Below, piece after piece: positions 51,632 through 59,874 of a DNA stretch of 64,000 nt. The notes beneath the pieces are model-generated. The model was given only the letters and a program-made list of their open reading frames with translations, was not told where the DNA came from and did not search any database. Position 1 is the first letter of the stretch, and the number at the start of each line of letters is the position of its first letter. The position numbers and the translations under genes were made by a program. Origin of the DNA: an uncultured Chloroflexia bacterium (GTDB taxonomy: Bacteria; Chloroflexota; Limnocylindria; Limnocylindrales; CSP1-4); contig CAWHYQ010000002.1 in assembly GCA_963833705.1 (NCBI GenBank), forward strand, positions 398,266 through 462,265, in the 5' to 3' direction.

Positions 51632-52795
51632 TCAAGCCCGGTCGAGGGCCCCCGCGAGATCGGCGATGAGGTCGTCCACGGCCTCGATCCCCACCGACAG
51701 CCGGACGAGCGCGGCAGGCACTTCGAGCGGTGAACCGGCGACCGAGAGATGGGTCATCGCCGCCGGGACCTCGATGAGCGACTCGACGCCGCCGAGGGAC
51801 TCGGCCAGGGTGAACCAGCGGGTCGACTCGGCGATCGCCACCGCGCGCTCGGCGGGAGAGCGACCGTGGACGCCGCCGCTCGCCGGGAGGAACGAGACCA
51901 TCCCGCCCATCCCCGGATACAGGACCGTCGCGACATCGGCTCGACCCGACAGGAACGCGGCCACGGCCATGGCATTCGCCACGTGCCGTTCCATACGCAG
52001 GTGCAGCGTCCGCAGCCCGCGCAGGACGAGGAAGCAATCGAGCGGCCCCGGTACCGCGCCCATCGCGTTCTGCAGGAACCGCAGGCGCTCGGCGACCGCG
52101 TCGTCCGAGGTCGCCGCCACCCCGACGATCGTGTCGGAGTGCCCCGAGAGGTACTTCGTCGCCGAGTGGAAGACGATGTCCGCCCCGAGGGTGAGCGGCC
52201 GCTGGAGCGCCGGAGAGGCGAATGTGTTGTCGACCACGATCAGCGGCCGGCGCCCGCCTTCGGCCGCCCGACGGGCGACGGTCGCCGCGGTGGCAGCGAT
52301 GTCGATGATCCGGAGATGCGGGTTCGATGGTGTCTCGAACCAGACCAGCCGGGTCCGCTCGGACAGGGCCTCCCAGAGTACGTCGGGGCCGGACGCCAGG
52401 TCGATGTACTGCGCGTCCACGCCCTTGGCTCGATGGACCCGTTCGAGATAGCGGTAGGTCCCGCCGTAGACGTCATCGCCGACGACGATCTCGTCGCCAG
52501 GTCCGGCCAGGTCGGCGATGGCCGCGGTCGTCGCCGAGCCCGAGGCGAAGGCGATGCCGTGCGTGCCGCCCTCGAGCGTCGCGACCGCCCGCTCGAGGCG
52601 CTCGCGGGTCGGGTTCTGCGAGCGCGCGTACTCGTAGCCGCGACGGGGCCGGCTCACGCCGTCCTGCGCGTACGTCGAGGTCTGGTAGATCGGCGGAGCG
52701 ACGGCGCCGGTCAGCTCGTCGGGTTCGGCTCCTGCGTGGACGGCCAGGGTCTCGAAGGCTGGTTCGCGGTCCGGATCGTGCATCGGGGCCATCAT
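51632..52795 (-). CDS. cystathionine gamma-lyase/gamma-synthase family PLP enzyme
   Basis: ATG ATG at 52795 inside ORF 51632..53152. It has TLAVHAG, YEYARSQNPTR and FHSATKYLSGHSD (PLP lysine). Confidence 0.85.
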   Translation of the reverse strand: MMAPMHDPDREPAFETLAVHAGAEPDELTGAVAPPIYQTSTYAQDGVSRPRRGYEYARSQNPTRERLERAVATLEGGTHGIAFASGSATTAAIADLAGPGDEIVVGDDVYGGTYRYLERVHRAKGVDAQYIDLASGPDVLWEALSERTRLVWFETPSNPHLRIIDIAATAATVARRAAEGGRRPLIVVDNTFASPALQRPLTLGADIVFHSATKYLSGHSDTIVGVAATSDDAVAERLRFLQNAMGAVPGPLDCFLVLRGLRTLHLRMERHVANAMAVAAFLSGRADVATVLYPGMGGMVSFLPASGGVHGRSPAERAVAIAESTRWFTLAESLGGVESLIEVPAAMTHLSVAGSPLEVPAALVRLSVGIEAVDDLIADLAGALDRA

Positions 52796-52806
52796 GGCAC
52801 CGGCCG

Positions 52807-53352
52807 TCACCCTGCGACCGGCCAGCCGTCGAGCTCGAACACGAGCTCCTTGCCGTCGACGTCGTCCATCTGGACGCCGACCTCGCGGAACCCGAGGCCT
52901 CGGATGATCGCGAGTGACGCGACGTTGTGCGGCGCGACCGACGCCCGGAACTTGTCCACACCCTGCGCGTGCGCCCAGTCGAACAGCGCGCGGACGACCT
53001 CCGTCGCGACGCCCTGGCGCCGATAGGCGGGCTCGACGCGATAGCCGACCTCGACGCGTCCATCCGCATCCGGCGGCGAGTGGAACCCGGCCGTGCCGAT
53101 GATCCGCCGGGTGCCATCGGCCTCGGTCAGGATGATCGACCGGCCGAGCCATGGTTGGGCGGCCGCGTCGGCCGACAGGTCGGCGATCCTGAACTGGAGG
53201 AAGTTGTCGAGATGGTCCGGGAAGTCGTCGGGGATGACGGCATCGACCTCTTTGGCCGCGGCGGCAAGGTCCCGGTCGAGCAGCAGGCGCATGAACTCGA
53301 GTGACATCGAGACGAGCTCGAACCGTGCGGTCGGGATCGGCGGCACGGTCAC
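52807..53352 (-). CDS. GNAT-family N-acetyltransferase
   Basis: GTG at 53352 (GTGA overlap with the CBS gene). VGYRVEPAYRRQGVATEVVRALFDWAH...NVASLAIIRGLGF is the typical acetyl-CoA site. Confidence 0.75.
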   Translation of the reverse strand: MTVPPIPTARFELVSMSLEFMRLLLDRDLAAAAKEVDAVIPDDFPDHLDNFLQFRIADLSADAAAQPWLGRSIILTEADGTRRIIGTAGFHSPPDADGRVEVGYRVEPAYRRQGVATEVVRALFDWAHAQGVDKFRASVAPHNVASLAIIRGLGFREVGVQMDDVDGKELVFELDGWPVAG

Positions 53353-54770
53353 GGCAGGGCCTCGGGCCGGTGCGCGAGGTACTCGAGCACGTCGAGCTTC
53401 GTCACCACGCCGATGGGTCGATCCCCCCGGGTGGCGATGACGGCCGGTGCCCCGCCTGACAGCAGCGCGAAGGCGCCGTCTAGGCTCGTGTTGATGTCGA
53501 CGAAGGGCAGTGGCGCGTCCATCACCTCGCCCACCGTCCGTTCCACGATCGAGGGGTCGCGGAACGCCCGGTCGAGCAGGCCCTTCTCCGTGATCGAGCC
53601 GACGAACCCTTCGAGGTCGTCGCCATCGGGGCGCTCGGAGACCGGCAACTGGCTGATACCGTATTCCTGGAGCGTGGCGATGGCGTCGCCCACCCGCTGC
53701 GTCGTGCGGGCGATGACAAGGTCCGGCAACGGGCCCGCGTGATGGCGGTCGTGCAGCAGGTCCCCGATGCGGACGATCGCGCCGGTCGTCGCGAGGAGGC
53801 CGTTGGCCCGCATCCACTCGTCGTTGTAGACCTTGGAGAGGTAGTTCCGGCCGGAATCCGGGAGGAGCACGACGACGACGGCTTTCTTGCCGGCGGGTTC
53901 GCCGACGAGGTCGCGGACCACCTCTCGCGCCGCGACCATCGCGGTGCCGCACGAGCCTCCGGACAGGATCCCTTCCTCGCGGGTCAGCCGACGGGCCATG
54001 GCGAACGCATCGCGGTCGCTGACCCGGACCCAGCGATCGATGACGGACGCGTCATACGTCCCCGGGAAGAAGTCCTCGCCGACCCCCTCGGTGAGGTACG
54101 GCCGGGCGTTGTCCCCGGACAACACGCTGCCCTCCGGATCGGCACCGATGACCTTGATCGCGGGGTTGTGGCGCTTGAGCGCTCGGGCCGCGCCGGAGAT
54201 CGTGCCGCCCGTCCCGACGCTGGCCACGAAGTGCGTGACCCGTCCCTCGGTCGCGTCCCAGATCTCGGGACCGGTGGTCCGTTCGTGCGCGGCGGGGTTC
54301 TCGACATTCCAGTACTGGTCGGGCTTGAACGCCCCCGGGATGTCGCGAGCGAGCCGGGCCGCCACCGAGTAATAGGACTCGGGCGATTCGGGCGCGACGT
54401 TGGTCGGGCAGAGCACGACCTCCGCGCCATAGGCACGGAGGAGCTGTTGCTTCTCGGACGATTGCTTGTCGGCCATCACGAAGATACAGCGGTAGCCCTT
54501 GAGCGCCGCGGCGATGGCCAGCCCGTGACCGGTGTTGCCCGAGGTCGGCTCGATGATCGTCCCTCCGGGCTTCAGCAGGCCCGCCAGTTCGGCCGCCTCG
54601 ATCATCGGCAGCCCGATGCGATCCTTGACCGAACCGCCTGGGTTGAGCATCTCCAGCTTGGCGAGGAGGAGCGGTTGGCGGTCGACGGGCCCGAGATCGC
54701 GGTTGATCCGGCTGATCCGAACGAGCGGCGTCTCCCCGACCAGGTCGAGGATCGACTCGGCGTACTGCAT
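53349..54770 (-). CDS. cystathionine beta-synthase (PLP domain + tandem CBS domains)
   Basis: ATG at 54770 inside ORF 53349..54992. It has LNPGGSVKDRIG (PLP lysine), EPTSGNTGHGLA and GTGGTISG, and the C-terminal about 130 aa form a CBS pair. Confidence 0.9.
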   Translation of the reverse strand: MQYAESILDLVGETPLVRISRINRDLGPVDRQPLLLAKLEMLNPGGSVKDRIGLPMIEAAELAGLLKPGGTIIEPTSGNTGHGLAIAAALKGYRCIFVMADKQSSEKQQLLRAYGAEVVLCPTNVAPESPESYYSVAARLARDIPGAFKPDQYWNVENPAAHERTTGPEIWDATEGRVTHFVASVGTGGTISGAARALKRHNPAIKVIGADPEGSVLSGDNARPYLTEGVGEDFFPGTYDASVIDRWVRVSDRDAFAMARRLTREEGILSGGSCGTAMVAAREVVRDLVGEPAGKKAVVVVLLPDSGRNYLSKVYNDEWMRANGLLATTGAIVRIGDLLHDRHHAGPLPDLVIARTTQRVGDAIATLQEYGISQLPVSERPDGDDLEGFVGSITEKGLLDRAFRDPSIVERTVGEVMDAPLPFVDINTSLDGAFALLSGGAPAVIATRGDRPIGVVTKLDVLEYLAHRPEALP

Positions 54771-54810
54771 CGCGGCCGAGTATAGGTGCCCGCCGGGAGG
54801 CGCCGGACCG

Positions 54811-55611
54811 TCAGTGCCAGGCGGTCGTGAGCCAGCGCCAGCGGCGGCGTGTCCCGGGTGCCGGCGTGGCCTCGCGGTGCGCGATGGCGACCGCTGCGAC
54901 GGTGCGCTCGTGCAGGGCGACGACGATCCGATGGGCGATGCGCCGCTCCGCCGAGCTCCATGGTTCGGGCGGGGCGGCACCGGCCGGCTCACCCGCCAGG
55001 TCCTGCCAGGTCAGCGGTGGGAAGATCCTGAGCTGGAAGCGACGACCGCGAAACAGTTCCTCGGTGCCGCCGAGCACGAATGGGACGATCGGGGCTCCGG
55101 TCCGCAGTGCGAAGTACGCGACGCCGAGCCCAAGGGGCCGCGCGGTCCCCGGTGGTGTCGCCGCACCCGTCTCCGGGAAGAGACACAGGACGGCGCCCGC
55201 GGACAGGGCCGTCCCGGCCGCGGCGAGGTAGGTGTCGACGGCGGCTCGACCGCCATCGAGCCAGATCGGGATGACGCCGCCCATCGCGCCGATGACGGCG
55301 CGTCGCCATCGAGATCGGAAGATCGCCGGGCCATCCCCGAAGAACACCAACCTGGGTTCGACCGGCAGGTTGTCGGCGACGACGAATGGGTCGACCCACG
55401 TCCGATGAGGCAGGCCGGCCGCGATCCAGCCGCCGGTGGGTCGTCCGTACGGATCTCGCGGGAGGTTGGCTCGACCGCGGACCGCGGTTCGGAACCCGAA
55501 GAGACCGCGGCCGACGACGCGGACGCCGACGAGCAGAGCCCGATACGTCAGGGAGGCCCGCGCCGTCGGCGGCCCGAGGAGGCCGATCGGGCGAACCTCC
55601 CGGTCAGCCAT
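54811..55611 (-). CDS. PlsC-family (lysophospholipid) acyltransferase
   Basis: ORF 54811..55611 has the HX4D motif in LPHRTWVDPF and a downstream FPETG motif. Confidence 0.75.
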   Translation of the reverse strand: MADREVRPIGLLGPPTARASLTYRALLVGVRVVGRGLFGFRTAVRGRANLPRDPYGRPTGGWIAAGLPHRTWVDPFVVADNLPVEPRLVFFGDGPAIFRSRWRRAVIGAMGGVIPIWLDGGRAAVDTYLAAAGTALSAGAVLCLFPETGAATPPGTARPLGLGVAYFALRTGAPIVPFVLGGTEELFRGRRFQLRIFPPLTWQDLAGEPAGAAPPEPWSSAERRIAHRIVVALHERTVAAVAIAHREATPAPGTRRRWRWLTTAWH

Positions 55612-56488
55612 CGCGGTCGAGGCGGCCCGGTCGTAACAGGAGCCAGGTCAGGCGACGGCGGAGACGTCGCCGGTGGGTCGGCGGATCGACCGTCCATGGA
55701 TGGAGTTCCTCCACCACGGGTCCCAGGATGGCCGACAGGGCGTCGTTCATCCGGTGGGCGGTCGTGAGTTCCTCGCGGGACCCCTCGGGCGGCAACGGCT
55801 CCCCGTAGGCGAGCCCCGCGAGGGCACGGGCCGAGGTGACCGGCAGGACCCGCGACGCCAACCGCCGGCCGAGGTACAGCTCCTCGGTCCCGGCCATGGC
55901 CAGCGGCACGATCGGCGCATCGGTGCGGAGCGCGATCACGGCCCAGCCGGTCCTGAACGGACCGATCCGACCCGCCGGCCCACTGACGGTCCCCTCCGGC
56001 ATCTGGGCGAAGACGGCGCCGTTGCCGATCACGGCACGGGCGGATGCGATGTGCGGGTCGATGCCGACGCCGCCCCGCCAGACCGGCAGGAGACCACCGA
56101 GCCGATGGATGAACCGCTCACGCCAGCGCGAGGTGAACGTGGACGGACCGCTGCCGAGGAACCACGCCCGTGGCTGCACGGGCAACGCGTGGATCACCAG
56201 GAACGGGTCCATCCAGCCGCGATGTGCCGCACCGACGACGAGGTACCCGCGCCGTGGCAGGTGCTCCTGGCCACTCGTCTGGATCTTGAACCGGAAGAAC
56301 CCGAAGAGGACGACGCGCGCGACGAGCCGGATCAGCCGATAGAGGACTGACGCCTTCGCCTCGGGTGGCCGGCCCAGCCAGTCCAGGCCCTCGACCGCCC
56401 CGCCGCGCGCGGCGGCCAGAGCCTCCGGCGAGATGCGCGCGGGCGGGGGCCGGTGGCGGGCCTCGGGTCGAGGTTCGGGATCGTCCAT
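55604..56488 (-). CDS. PlsC-family acyltransferase, tandem paralogue
   Basis: ATG at 56488 (MDDPEPRPE...) inside ORF 55604..56626. It has the HX4D motif in AAHRGWMDPF and a MPEGT motif. It is collinear with the downstream paralogue and overlaps it by 8 bp. Confidence 0.75.
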   Translation of the reverse strand: MDDPEPRPEARHRPPPARISPEALAAARGGAVEGLDWLGRPPEAKASVLYRLIRLVARVVLFGFFRFKIQTSGQEHLPRRGYLVVGAAHRGWMDPFLVIHALPVQPRAWFLGSGPSTFTSRWRERFIHRLGGLLPVWRGGVGIDPHIASARAVIGNGAVFAQMPEGTVSGPAGRIGPFRTGWAVIALRTDAPIVPLAMAGTEELYLGRRLASRVLPVTSARALAGLAYGEPLPPEGSREELTTAHRMNDALSAILGPVVEELHPWTVDPPTHRRRLRRRLTWLLLRPGRLDRDG

Positions 56489-56489
56489 G

Positions 56490-57512
56490 TCACGTAGACG
56501 TCGACTCCGGCTCGACGTGACGCAACGGGGTGTCGCCAGTGTCTTCCGCCTCATCCTCGGCCTCGTCGTCGCCGTCCTCGTCGTCATCGTCATCGTCGTA
56601 CTCGTCATCGTCATCGTCGTCGTCATCGCCTTCGTCGACCTCGTCCGGATCGACCGGACGGCCGATGGCGCCCCAGGTGGCGACCGCTGGATAGGTCGGG
56701 GGCTCGTCCAGTGGGTGACCCCGTCGATGCCGCCAGAGCAGGACGGCGATGGCCGGCACGATGAACAGGAGCGCCACGACCTGTGCCGTGGGGATCGCGA
56801 AGAACGTCCAGTTGTCCTGGCGGAATGCCTCCAATCCGAACCGCACGACGCTGTACCAGATGAAGAACGTCAGGATCAGATCGCCGGTGCGCAGCCGCTT
56901 CCGGGCATGGAACCCGAGCCAGATCAGGAACAGGCAACCAAGCACGCCGGAGATCGATTCGTAGAGGAACAGCGGATGGAAGCGCGTCGTTTCGAAGGGG
57001 AAGGTCTCGCACGGGTAGGCGGCGATGCGATGCACGCACTCGATCGGGATGCCCCACGGCAGCGTGGTCGGGGTGCCGTACAGCTCCTGATTGAAGAAGT
57101 TGCCCCAGCGCGCGATCGCCTGCATCGCGAACAATGCCGGGGCGATGATGTCCGTCCAGCGCCAGAAGTCCAGGTGCTTGTAGCGGACGTACAGGATCAC
57201 CGCGATCAGGCCCGCGATGATCCCACCGTAGACGCCCAGGCCCGAATACGGCGGCAGGATGATCTTGAGCGGGTCGTCCTTGTACAGGGCCCACTGGTCG
57301 ATGACGTGGTATGCCCTGCCGCCGATGAGCGCCGCGACCGCGACGATGATCATCCCGTTCCCGACGACGTTGGGATCCTCACCGGCGCGCCGGGCCAGTC
57401 GGACGAGGATCAGGTAGGCGACGGTGAGGCCGACGACGTACCCGACCCCGTACCAACCGATCGTCAGCGGGCCGATCTGGAGGAGGATCGGATCGGGCGT
57501 GAAGTCGAGCAT
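56490..57512 (-). CDS. lgt: prolipoprotein diacylglyceryl transferase with a poly-acidic C-terminal tail
   Basis: ORF 56490..57512 has WYGVGYVVG, GGRAYH, ARWGNFFNQELYG and HPLFLYES. The last about 60 aa are Asp/Glu-rich (DEGDDDDDDDDEYDDDDDDEDGDDEAEDEAED). Confidence 0.9.
   Translation of the reverse strand: MLDFTPDPILLQIGPLTIGWYGVGYVVGLTVAYLILVRLARRAGEDPNVVGNGMIIVAVAALIGGRAYHVIDQWALYKDDPLKIILPPYSGLGVYGGIIAGLIAVILYVRYKHLDFWRWTDIIAPALFAMQAIARWGNFFNQELYGTPTTLPWGIPIECVHRIAAYPCETFPFETTRFHPLFLYESISGVLGCLFLIWLGFHARKRLRTGDLILTFFIWYSVVRFGLEAFRQDNWTFFAIPTAQVVALLFIVPAIAVLLWRHRRGHPLDEPPTYPAVATWGAIGRPVDPDEVDEGDDDDDDDDEYDDDDDDEDGDDEAEDEAEDTGDTPLRHVEPESTST
56545..56650 (-). repeat. coding trinucleotide (GAY/GAG) low-complexity tract
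   Basis: The plus strand reads ...CTCGTCGTCGCCGTCCTCGTCGTCATCGTCATCGTCGTACTCGTCATCGTCATCGTCGTCGTCATCGCCTTCGTCGAC.... It encodes the acidic tail of Lgt. Confidence 0.8.
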
Positions 57513-57553
57513 CCGGGGAGTGTAACGGCGACGCTCCCTATACTTGGCCGCGG

Positions 57554-57973
57554 GTGAATACCGAGTTCAGGGATTGGCTACTCATCGTCGGGCTCGTGGT
57601 CGGAGCCGGGCTGGCCTGGCTCGTCCTCATCGATTCTCGCCGGCACGAGGGGGACGTCGATGCCGTCGAGTTGCCGCGTGAGGCCGCGTGGCTGTCAGCC
57701 GTGCTCGCGGACGACGGCTATGACGTCAGCCCCGAGGCGGCGCAGCGCCTGCTCGAGCTCCATCGAGCCTACCTGGAGGCGCCACCGCCCGACCCGGTGG
57801 ATGCCCGACCGGCGCCGCGGCTCGAGACCGCCCCCGACTGGGGCCTCGTTCAGAGTTCGCCGACGAGCACCGGCGCCGCTTCCACGCTCCCGCCCGAGAC
57901 GCCCGAGAGCGATACGCCGAAGGTCGCTCCGGCGGACACCCCGGACACCGCGGGAGCCGGCCCGACCCAGTAG
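57554..57973 (+). CDS. hypothetical single-pass membrane protein
   Basis: ORF 57554..57973 starts with GTG. It has an N-terminal TM (WLLIVGLVVGAGLAWLVLI) and then an acidic/Pro-rich region. Its last 124 nt overlap the convergent anti-sigma gene, so the call or its 3' end is doubtful. Confidence 0.4.
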   Translation: MNTEFRDWLLIVGLVVGAGLAWLVLIDSRRHEGDVDAVELPREAAWLSAVLADDGYDVSPEAAQRLLELHRAYLEAPPPDPVDARPAPRLETAPDWGLVQSSPTSTGAASTLPPETPESDTPKVAPADTPDTAGAGPTQ

Positions 57974-58725
57974 GCGAGCCCGTCGCTGAAGAACATCTTG
58001 CCCACCCGTTGACGCTTGCCGTCCACCTCGACCCAGCAGCGGTATTCGAGCCCACTGGGTGGCTGCGTCAGGCCGGTCGCCACGACCACGAGTTCGGCGG
58101 TCGACGGTGAATAGACGAGGCTGCCGTCGAGCGACGGGTCCGACACGCCAGCGAGCGCGACATGCTCGGCGTCCGGTTGTCCGGCGATCTGGATCGTCGC
58201 GGTCGTCACCTCCCGAAGCGCGGAGATCGTCTCGGCTTGAGCGGCCAGACGCTCGTCCACCCGCGCCCCGACCACCAGGGTGGTCGTGACGACCGACAGC
58301 ACGACGGCGGCGGCGATGGTCGCGATCCAACCGAAGGCCTGTCGCGAGCGCTCGCGGCGGGCCGCGGCCCCTCCGGCAATCGAGAACGGAGCGACGACGA
58401 CGGCGGGCGCAACCGCGACCTCGGCGGAGGCGGGCACGGCCGCCCCAGCGACCGCAACCGACGCCCCGCCTCGCGGCACGCCCTCTGCGCGGACTGCGGC
58501 CAACGTTCGAGCCCGAAGATCGGGCGGTGGCATCTCCCGCAAGGTCTCGCGGATCAGGCCGGACGATCGCTCCAACCGGGCCAATTCGTCCGTGCACGAC
58601 GGGCATCCGGCCAGGTGCCCTGCGACCGCCTGGGCCGTGGCCGTATCACCGGCCATCAACCGGTCGAGCCCGCCCGGCTCCACCGCCGCCAGTTCAAGCA
58701 GTTCGCGCGTTGCGTCGTGATCCAT
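57850..58725 (-). CDS. anti-sigma factor (zf-HC2 N-terminus, one TM, RskA-like extracytoplasmic domain)
   Basis: ORF 57850..58725 has HLAGCPSCTDELARL (H-x3-C-x2-C) and a central TM (GWIATIAAAVVLSVVTTTLVV). The C-terminus has YRCWVEVDGKRQRVGKMFF. Confidence 0.8.
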   Translation of the reverse strand: MDHDATRELLELAAVEPGGLDRLMAGDTATAQAVAGHLAGCPSCTDELARLERSSGLIRETLREMPPPDLRARTLAAVRAEGVPRGGASVAVAGAAVPASAEVAVAPAVVVAPFSIAGGAAARRERSRQAFGWIATIAAAVVLSVVTTTLVVGARVDERLAAQAETISALREVTTATIQIAGQPDAEHVALAGVSDPSLDGSLVYSPSTAELVVVATGLTQPPSGLEYRCWVEVDGKRQRVGKMFFSDGLAYWVGPAPAVSGVSAGATFGVSLSGVSGGSVEAAPVLVGEL

Positions 58726-58733
58726 CGTCCTCG

Positions 58734-59411
58734 TTACCGATCCTCGCCGGCCGGAACCGGCACCACCTCGAACTCGGCCGTCTGACCGAATTCGGCTCCG
58801 AGCGTTTCACGCAGGCGCAGGAGCGCGCGCCTGGTCCGCGTCTTGACCGTCCCGAGCGGCCAGCCCAGCTGGTCCGCGATCTCGGTCTGGGTCAGATCCT
58901 CCTGGTACGCCAGCAGGATCACCGTTCGTTCGACGTCGGGCATCGCCGCGACGGCGTCCGCGATGGCGGCTCGCACTGCCGTCGCCGCAGCCGCGTCTTC
59001 CGGTCCGACCGGTGGCGCAGCCCCGCCGACGACGGAGCCTCGCGCGACCATTCGCTCGAGGGCGCCGGCCGGGTCGTCCTCCGACGACGTGGCCGACGAC
59101 AACGCGACCAGATTCGGGCGCCGACCAGCCGCCCGGAGCCGATCGATGGCCCGGTTCCGGGCGATCGTGTGCAACCAGGCGGCCAACGAGCCTGTGGCCG
59201 GATCGAAGAGTTCGGCGCGGTTCCACAGGGCGAGGAATGTCTCCTGCACGACCTCCTCGGCGATCCCCCGATCGGATGTCAACCGATGCGCCGCGGCGAA
59301 GATCGCCGATGCGTAGCGGTCATAGAGGACCTCCAGGGCCGCCTCCGACCCCGCCGCCATCTCGTGGACGACGGCAGCGTCATCGGTGGGTCCCTGTCGA
59401 CCATTCGTCAC
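58734..59411 (-). CDS. ECF (group IV) RNA polymerase sigma factor
   Basis: ORF 58734..59411 starts with GTG. Region 2 is IAEEVVQETFLALWNRAELFD...WLHTIARNRAIDRLR. Region 4 is RTVILLAYQEDLTQTEIADQLGWPLGTVKTRTRRAL. Confidence 0.9.
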   Translation of the reverse strand: MTNGRQGPTDDAAVVHEMAAGSEAALEVLYDRYASAIFAAAHRLTSDRGIAEEVVQETFLALWNRAELFDPATGSLAAWLHTIARNRAIDRLRAAGRRPNLVALSSATSSEDDPAGALERMVARGSVVGGAAPPVGPEDAAAATAVRAAIADAVAAMPDVERTVILLAYQEDLTQTEIADQLGWPLGTVKTRTRRALLRLRETLGAEFGQTAEFEVVPVPAGEDR

Positions 59412-59552
59412 GTGATACGCCCCATCCGGTCCGTCGGTTTCATCGCTCGTCCGAGCGCTCCCGAGGGAACGTCGTTCGAAGCTTCGAGCAGGCCGATAGC
59501 CTACCCCGCCACGGTCAAGAGGTGGTCCGGCGTCGATCGATCGAGGGGCGGA

Positions 59553-59867
59553 CTACCACGACCCGGCCGCGCGACGCCGCATGGCCCCGAGCGATCCGGC
59601 TGGAAGGTGCGCCTCGAGACAGGCCACGCCGTCCCGCCCCACGACGGCGTCATGCCGGGTCGCGGCGGGCAATTCCAGCCGATCCCCGATCTCAAGATCC
59701 ACGGCCTCGCCCGTCGCGGGAAGCCCGAACCGGATGGACCCCCGCTCGACCACGATGACCTTGTCGTACGGGTGGTCGTGCGCGCCATAGCGGTCGCCCG
59801 GTCCGTTCGACCAGGCGGCCGGGTCGAGGCCCTCGTCGCGGAGGCGGTGTCCGAGATCGACCGGCAT
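59553..59867 (-). CDS. cupin-domain protein
   Basis: ORF 59553..59867 has GAHDHPYDKVIVVERGSIRF...GDRLELPAATRHDA (the two cupin motifs). Confidence 0.75.
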   Translation of the reverse strand: MPVDLGHRLRDEGLDPAAWSNGPGDRYGAHDHPYDKVIVVERGSIRFGLPATGEAVDLEIGDRLELPAATRHDAVVGRDGVACLEAHLPAGSLGAMRRRAAGSW

Positions 59868-59874
59868 GGCTCCC

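Noticed and set aside
55604-56626. The N-terminal 46 codons of track ORF 55604..56626 (MTTTMTMTSTTMTMTTRTATT...).
   Set aside because: This is an off-frame reading of the acidic-tail trinucleotide tract of lgt. The acyltransferase more plausibly starts at ATG 56488, just after the lgt stop.
59465-59476. GGGAAC immediately followed by GTCGTT, resembling ECF -35/-10 elements, upstream of the ECF sigma gene.
   Set aside because: The two elements are adjacent instead of about 16-17 bp apart. They are also on the plus strand, whereas the sigma gene is on the minus strand.
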